NCBI GenBank assembly: GCA_965612795.1
Contig: CBFDTI010000011.1
Coordinates: 1 to 22,809, forward strand
DNA length: 22,809 nt
Reading direction: 5' to 3'
DNA from: an uncultured bacterium
GTDB taxonomy: Bacteria; Hydrothermota; UBA3073; NMUJ01
Position 1 is the stretch's first letter. Every line of letters begins with the position of its first letter. The position numbers and the translations under genes were made by a program. The notes below the pieces were generated by a model that had not been told where the DNA came from, searched no databases, and saw only the letters and a list, made by a program, of their open reading frames with translations. Positions 18,070 to 22,809 of this stretch are shown here, one piece after another.

Positions 18070-21000
18070 ATGAGGAAAATGGTATTATTGGTGTGGATGA
18101 TTGTTTTGGCATTTTTTAGTTGGGTGAGAGATGCTGATGCTGGTGAGACTATCCAGTGGGAAGAAGTATGGAGTGCTACAAATAGTGGTAGTCGAGGTGG
18201 TTACGATCGAACTGCCATAATTCACGAAAATCATTGGGATGAGTACTGTCAGAAAATTACGGTAAACTCTGACTTGTTTATCATACATGCACTTGTAGCT
18301 CGATACTGTGGTTATGAGTTAGGGGATCTAAAAGCCCGAATTAGGCAGGCAGATTATCCATACACTATTGTATTGGATAACATAGACTTACCTGATCCAG
18401 GTTCTATGTGGCAATTTGAATGGGTAGCAAGTGATACAATCCCTATAGAGTTGCATGGGGATTATCTATTCTGTGTGTACTGCGAAGGTGGTGCAAGTGT
18501 TCTTCTTTTCGGTGAATTTGTAATTGCTGAGGATGCATCACCTGCACCTAACGAAAGTGGTATGAGATGGCAAGAGAGCTTAGGCTGGCTGTACAATATG
18601 CCAGATTATATGATTTATGTTGAACAGAAAGTGGGAGTTGCTCCTAACCAACCACCTGTTGCAAATGCTGGGCCAGATAATACAGTAACTAAAGGAGTGC
18701 CATTTAAGCTTGATGGAACAAATTCCTACGATTCGGATGATCCCTATGATTCACTTAGTTTTATGTGGACCTGGACAGAAGGTGGAACACAGTACACTGC
18801 CACTATAGATACTCCTACGGTTACCATTAATACTGTTGGGCAGTTCCCCATTATACTGGAGGTAACCGATCCGTGGGGTCTATCCGATACAGATACTGTT
18901 GTGATCACAGTGCGTGAACCTAGTCCACCCAATCAGCTACCTACTGCTTATATAGATACGATATTTGAGAATCCTGAGCTTGTGGGTTTCCCCATAACTT
19001 TTAGAGGTCATGGTACAGACAGTGATGGCTCAGTTGTTGCCTGGAAGTGGGAATCATCTTTAGATGGGATTATTAAAGAAGGACAGGGTAGTTCATGCGA
19101 ATTTCAGAGGTCAAATCTATCGATTGGAGAGCATACTATCTATTTTTACGTACAGGATGATAGCCTCGAATGGTCAACCCCTGCAAAGAGCACTTTGGTA
19201 ATTGCTGATACACCACAGGTGAACTTTAACACACGGTTTGAATGGATACAACCCGATTTCACCTATAAGATTACAGTTTATGTGAATGTTGTGAATGATG
19301 CTGTCCCTATAGATTGGATACACGTCTATTTGGAGGATGGACAGGGAGGACCCGTACTAGATGACTTTAGGGAAGATGCAGATATCCCAGCTTATGGTAC
19401 AATAGAGTTGACACTTAAACGTACTGGTAACTGGAATTGGGATCCTTGGAATTGTTGTTCACCTATACCTGCGGGTCCATTGGAACAACAGTTTACTGAA
19501 GCTGTAAGGGTTGTGATCCAGGATATACATGAACATGAACCTCCATCATACTATGCAGAACCACCATCGTTAACTCATACCGAGTACGTACCTGACTGGA
19601 AAATAGCAGGTGTTGCAGCTGCATTTAACCAACGGGCAGATGCTGTAGCAATAAGTGCTCTCTCACCATTGGCAGGACCTTTAGCAGCAGTTGCAGGTGC
19701 TGTCGCAGAAGCTACACTAGCAGCAGCATCTGCACTGACTTGCGATATTGCACATGATCCACCACCGGCTGATAGTAATTATCAGGAGAGGGTGGAGCTC
19801 AACTTTCCATCATTGGAATTGATACCATCTGTAGCAGGTTATGGTATACCAGCACTCACAGCGGCTGCAGATTATGCTACAGGGTTGCTGGGTCTATTTA
19901 CATCCCTTAAAGCCTACTACGCAGCATATGCGAAGATGTTAGGTGCCGAAATTTACAATGATCTACCCTATGTCAAGTTGCAAGCAAAAGATGTCATAAG
20001 ATATGGCTCTATGGCGGCTGATTGGTACAACAGATTAAAGGTTAGCAGGATGACATTTTGTCAAGAAATACTTAATACGATAACTGAAGAGGATATCGGT
20101 ACATTCATAGATAGTGTAGCTACCTATGGACTTCCTCCTGAAGAGATTAATACGCTACAAGAATTGGGCTTCTCTGAGTCTGAAATAGCTGATATTCAAG
20201 CTCGAATTGTGGCAATGGACCCAGCTGAGGTGATGGCGGGACTCATGGATAGTTTGACGGATGAGTTCAATACACTGGCTAATCTCTACTGTAATGAACC
20301 GTTCTATAGTGTGCCACCATCACCCTATCCAGAGTTTACTCCTGAGGAAACATTTACGTGGATATACCTGGCTATAACTTCACCCCGCGATAGTGCTGCA
20401 GTGTGCTCGACCGTAGTAATAGATGGTAGAATTGTGGATAAGGATTATCCAGTCGCACAAAAAGATAGTGCACAGGTTTTTATTGATGCAAACTTAGTCT
20501 CTAATTCACTCCCTTACATGTGGAATACTACTTCTGTAGAGGATGGTTGGCATCATATTATGGTGCAGGCAACCGATGGCGTCTTTGTAGATTTTGACAT
20601 GCTCGATGTACTGGTTGATAACACACCACCTGTGATATCAACGGATTTGACAGATATTGATCCCACTATTCCAGGTATCCAGATAAGAAGTGGTACAACC
20701 GTATCGTGGAATATTGAAGATCCACCTGCTGGCCCAAATGGTACTGCAAGTGGAGTCGTTGGCCCCACTGATGGATTTATAACTTATTGTGAATTAGGTG
20801 ATACAAACTTAATTATCTCCGCAAGAGATGCAGCTGGCAACCATACAGTTTATTCTGCAAGCTTAACCGTGATACCTGTCACGGAGATATTGCCAACTTT
20901 GATCTATCCGCCAGATGATACTATACTGAATGATAACACTCCAACGTTTATCTGGAGTGCTACTGTCACAAATGGTAGCTATACTCTACGATATGCGTTA

Positions 21001-22110
21001 GACAGCTTATTTACGTTGGGTGTAGTGGAAATTACCGGGCTTACCGACACAACCTATACGGTAGAGCCACTATCTGATACTGTCTATTATTGGTGCGTAC
21101 AGGCGATAAGTAGTGAGTGCCAGCATAGTGGGTATCAGGAACATCCTTTCAAATTTACGATAGATACTGAAGCACCGGGTGTACCAACACTTGTTTCACC
21201 CACTGGCGGTGTTTATCTTAATGACTCATTAGTAGTATTTGAATGGACTCAGGTAACTCTCTTATCTGTTGGTACTCAAGATGCCCTGAGTATAAAAGGT
21301 ATTGGGGTACCTGTAAGGTACGTAGTGGAGGTTGACACCAGCTTATCATTTACAGAGCCAATCGTTGATACAGTAGCTACAACTGTAGATACTCTAAAAT
21401 TGGGCGAAAATTTCTACTATTGGCGAGTAATGGCTTACGATCTTGCAGGCAATCAAGGTAATTACGCTAACCCTGATAGTTTTGGAGTCGACATGACAGC
21501 ACCAAACTTTTCTCTAACTACCATATGGACAGATACAAGTTTTGGCGGCCCTTATCCAGTGACTTCTGTTGTTACTGATGCACTCTCAGGTGTAGATTCG
21601 GTCTCACTTTACTATAGGGTCAATAACGGTGTGTGGCAGACCACTCCTATGGTGTTTGAAGATAGCCTATATAGAGGTGAGATCCCGGAAGTAGATACTG
21701 TTGCAACAATTGACTATTATCTTTGGGCGATAGATCTTGCAACCAACGTAGCAACTGATCCTGCAGGAGCTCCTACTGTTTTCTATAGTTTTAATAGATT
21801 AGGGATAGCTGAGCAGAAGATACCCAAACCTACCGTTTTTGACTTATATCAGAGTACCCCTAACCCATGTGTGTGCATGACCATTATACAGTACCAGTTG
21901 CCGATTAAGAGCAGAGTTAGTTTAAGAATTTATGACGTTACTGGTAAATTAGTACGAACGTTGGTAGATCAACCGCAGGAGCCAGGTTACTATAGAGTTG
22001 TTTGGGATGGGAGAGACGATTTTGGTAAAGAGGTTACGTCCGGTATTTACTTCTATCGACTCGAGGCTGGCTCCTACACTGCAATAAGGAAGCTCATCTT
22101 GATGAAATAG
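18070..22110 (+). CDS. Large secreted multidomain protein: two PKD-like domains, Ala-rich/helical core, Ig/FN3-like modules, FlgD-Ig/T9SS-like CTD
   Basis: Signal peptide ending ADA; NQPPVANAGPD...LDGTNSYD.D and NQLPTAYID...G.GTDSDGSVVAWKW; DNTPP and APGVPTLVSP modules; GIAE linker; PNP...IYDVTGKLVRTLVD...WDGRDD.G..V.SGIYFYRL...RKLILMK. Confidence 0.85.
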   Translation: MRKMVLLVWMIVLAFFSWVRDADAGETIQWEEVWSATNSGSRGGYDRTAIIHENHWDEYCQKITVNSDLFIIHALVARYCGYELGDLKARIRQADYPYTIVLDNIDLPDPGSMWQFEWVASDTIPIELHGDYLFCVYCEGGASVLLFGEFVIAEDASPAPNESGMRWQESLGWLYNMPDYMIYVEQKVGVAPNQPPVANAGPDNTVTKGVPFKLDGTNSYDSDDPYDSLSFMWTWTEGGTQYTATIDTPTVTINTVGQFPIILEVTDPWGLSDTDTVVITVREPSPPNQLPTAYIDTIFENPELVGFPITFRGHGTDSDGSVVAWKWESSLDGIIKEGQGSSCEFQRSNLSIGEHTIYFYVQDDSLEWSTPAKSTLVIADTPQVNFNTRFEWIQPDFTYKITVYVNVVNDAVPIDWIHVYLEDGQGGPVLDDFREDADIPAYGTIELTLKRTGNWNWDPWNCCSPIPAGPLEQQFTEAVRVVIQDIHEHEPPSYYAEPPSLTHTEYVPDWKIAGVAAAFNQRADAVAISALSPLAGPLAAVAGAVAEATLAAASALTCDIAHDPPPADSNYQERVELNFPSLELIPSVAGYGIPALTAAADYATGLLGLFTSLKAYYAAYAKMLGAEIYNDLPYVKLQAKDVIRYGSMAADWYNRLKVSRMTFCQEILNTITEEDIGTFIDSVATYGLPPEEINTLQELGFSESEIADIQARIVAMDPAEVMAGLMDSLTDEFNTLANLYCNEPFYSVPPSPYPEFTPEETFTWIYLAITSPRDSAAVCSTVVIDGRIVDKDYPVAQKDSAQVFIDANLVSNSLPYMWNTTSVEDGWHHIMVQATDGVFVDFDMLDVLVDNTPPVISTDLTDIDPTIPGIQIRSGTTVSWNIEDPPAGPNGTASGVVGPTDGFITYCELGDTNLIISARDAAGNHTVYSASLTVIPVTEILPTLIYPPDDTILNDNTPTFIWSATVTNGSYTLRYALDSLFTLGVVEITGLTDTTYTVEPLSDTVYYWCVQAISSECQHSGYQEHPFKFTIDTEAPGVPTLVSPTGGVYLNDSLVVFEWTQVTLLSVGTQDALSIKGIGVPVRYVVEVDTSLSFTEPIVDTVATTVDTLKLGENFYYWRVMAYDLAGNQGNYANPDSFGVDMTAPNFSLTTIWTDTSFGGPYPVTSVVTDALSGVDSVSLYYRVNNGVWQTTPMVFEDSLYRGEIPEVDTVATIDYYLWAIDLATNVATDPAGAPTVFYSFNRLGIAEQKIPKPTVFDLYQSTPNPCVCMTIIQYQLPIKSRVSLRIYDVTGKLVRTLVDQPQEPGYYRVVWDGRDDFGKEVTSGIYFYRLEAGSYTAIRKLILMK

Positions 22111-22134
22111 GCTTATCTCGCTTATAGCGTGGTT

Positions 22135-22154
22135 GGGGATTAAATTTCATCCCC
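22135..22154. terminator. Possible terminator hairpin between convergent genes
   Basis: GGGGAT-TAAATTTC-ATCCCC, 24 nt after the stop; lacks a good U-tract. Confidence 0.3.
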
Positions 22155-22340
22155 TGATATGATTAATTCTTGTGTCGTATAAGGTATTGTGTATTCTTTG
22201 GTGACTGAGATTAGAGAAATTCCACGGTGTAAATTCTGCAGTGTATAGAAAAGTTATTACCTATCTTCACTTATAAAAATGCAATTTCACTGTCCCACAT
22301 AATACAAAATGGAAGCCACGATATGTTTGATACACTCCTG

Positions 22341-22809
22341 CTATCTCAGTATTACCAGCTTTTGCGTTTTAACAGCTTTACCGTCAACTTTCAGGTTCAC
22401 AAAATATACCCCCGATCCTACTGTTACACCATGATCGTTGGTACCGTCCCAGCCTATGGAATATACTCCTCGTTTGTGGGTTTTATCCACCAACCTCTTT
22501 ACCAACCGACCCGTCACATCGTAGATTGCGAGCCTCACACGACACAGCTTTGTAACCGAATAGCGTATGCGTACAATTCCATTGAACGGATTAGGTTGCA
22601 CCTCAACGGTCGGCCCATAAGTATAGCTACCGTTTTCCTGTGTACCTGTTGGCTGTAGATCGACGATCAGCACCACGTAGTATCGTAGTTCCGGTATCGT
22701 GCATCTCACGATACCGTCTTTGTAGCTGAAACCCAGTGTATCCTCGGCATCGAAGTCAGGTGATATGAGCCTCACCATCACACAACTATCGCTAACCGGT
22801 ATCTCGACC
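22341..22809 (-). CDS. 3' end of a protein with FlgD-Ig/T9SS-like CTD, preceded by a beta-sandwich resembling glycoside-hydrolase C-terminal domains; 5' part outside the window
   Basis: Frame is open to the window edge (VEIPVSDSCVMVRLISPDF...TIPELRYYVVLIV); TGTQE linker; QPNPF...IYDVTGRLVKRLVD...WDGTND.G..VGSGVYFV...QKLVILR. Confidence 0.8.
   Translation of the reverse strand, partial: VEIPVSDSCVMVRLISPDFDAEDTLGFSYKDGIVRCTIPELRYYVVLIVDLQPTGTQENGSYTYGPTVEVQPNPFNGIVRIRYSVTKLCRVRLAIYDVTGRLVKRLVDKTHKRGVYSIGWDGTNDHGVTVGSGVYFVNLKVDGKAVKTQKLVILR

Noticed and set aside
17897..18288. Minus-strand ORFs 17897..18112 and 18085..18288
   Set aside because: They overlap the promoter and start of the 1346-aa gene, and the first reads the CTD remnant out of frame.
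17820..22557. Repeat pair as a diversity-generating retroelement template/variable repeat
   Set aside because: Differences are mostly transitions at all bases plus deletions, not adenine-specific, and no reverse transcriptase is in the window.

Overview
Bacterial chromosomal window; all genes but one lie on the minus strand. Housekeeping content: a tightly coupled methionine block (MBL-fold hydrolase, DUF4870-like membrane protein, YitJ-type homocysteine methyltransferase/MTHFR fusion, and a cobalamin-independent methionine synthase split into two genes), guaA, and an overlapping ttuA-mnmA tRNA 2-thiolation pair that hints at a thermophile. Interspersed are seven genes (five uninterrupted including one cut by the window edge, two frameshifted) plus two remnants that end in a T9SS/FlgD-Ig-like C-terminal sorting domain (CTD). 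Their passengers include a papain-like protease, a clan CD peptidase, two beta-propeller paralogs and a 1346-aa PKD/Ig protein. This gene style suggests a lineage such as candidate division WOR-3 (inference only). The most unusual structure is at 17027-22809: a decayed ~89%-identical copy of a CTD-coding segment and its intact counterpart bracket the oppositely oriented 1346-aa gene, next to a dead lipoprotein gene abutting another orphan CTD tail. This suggests turnover of secreted-protein genes at CTD sequences. No RNA genes, CRISPR arrays, transposases or integrases were recognised. All calls are from manual reading and motif recognition, with no database searches.
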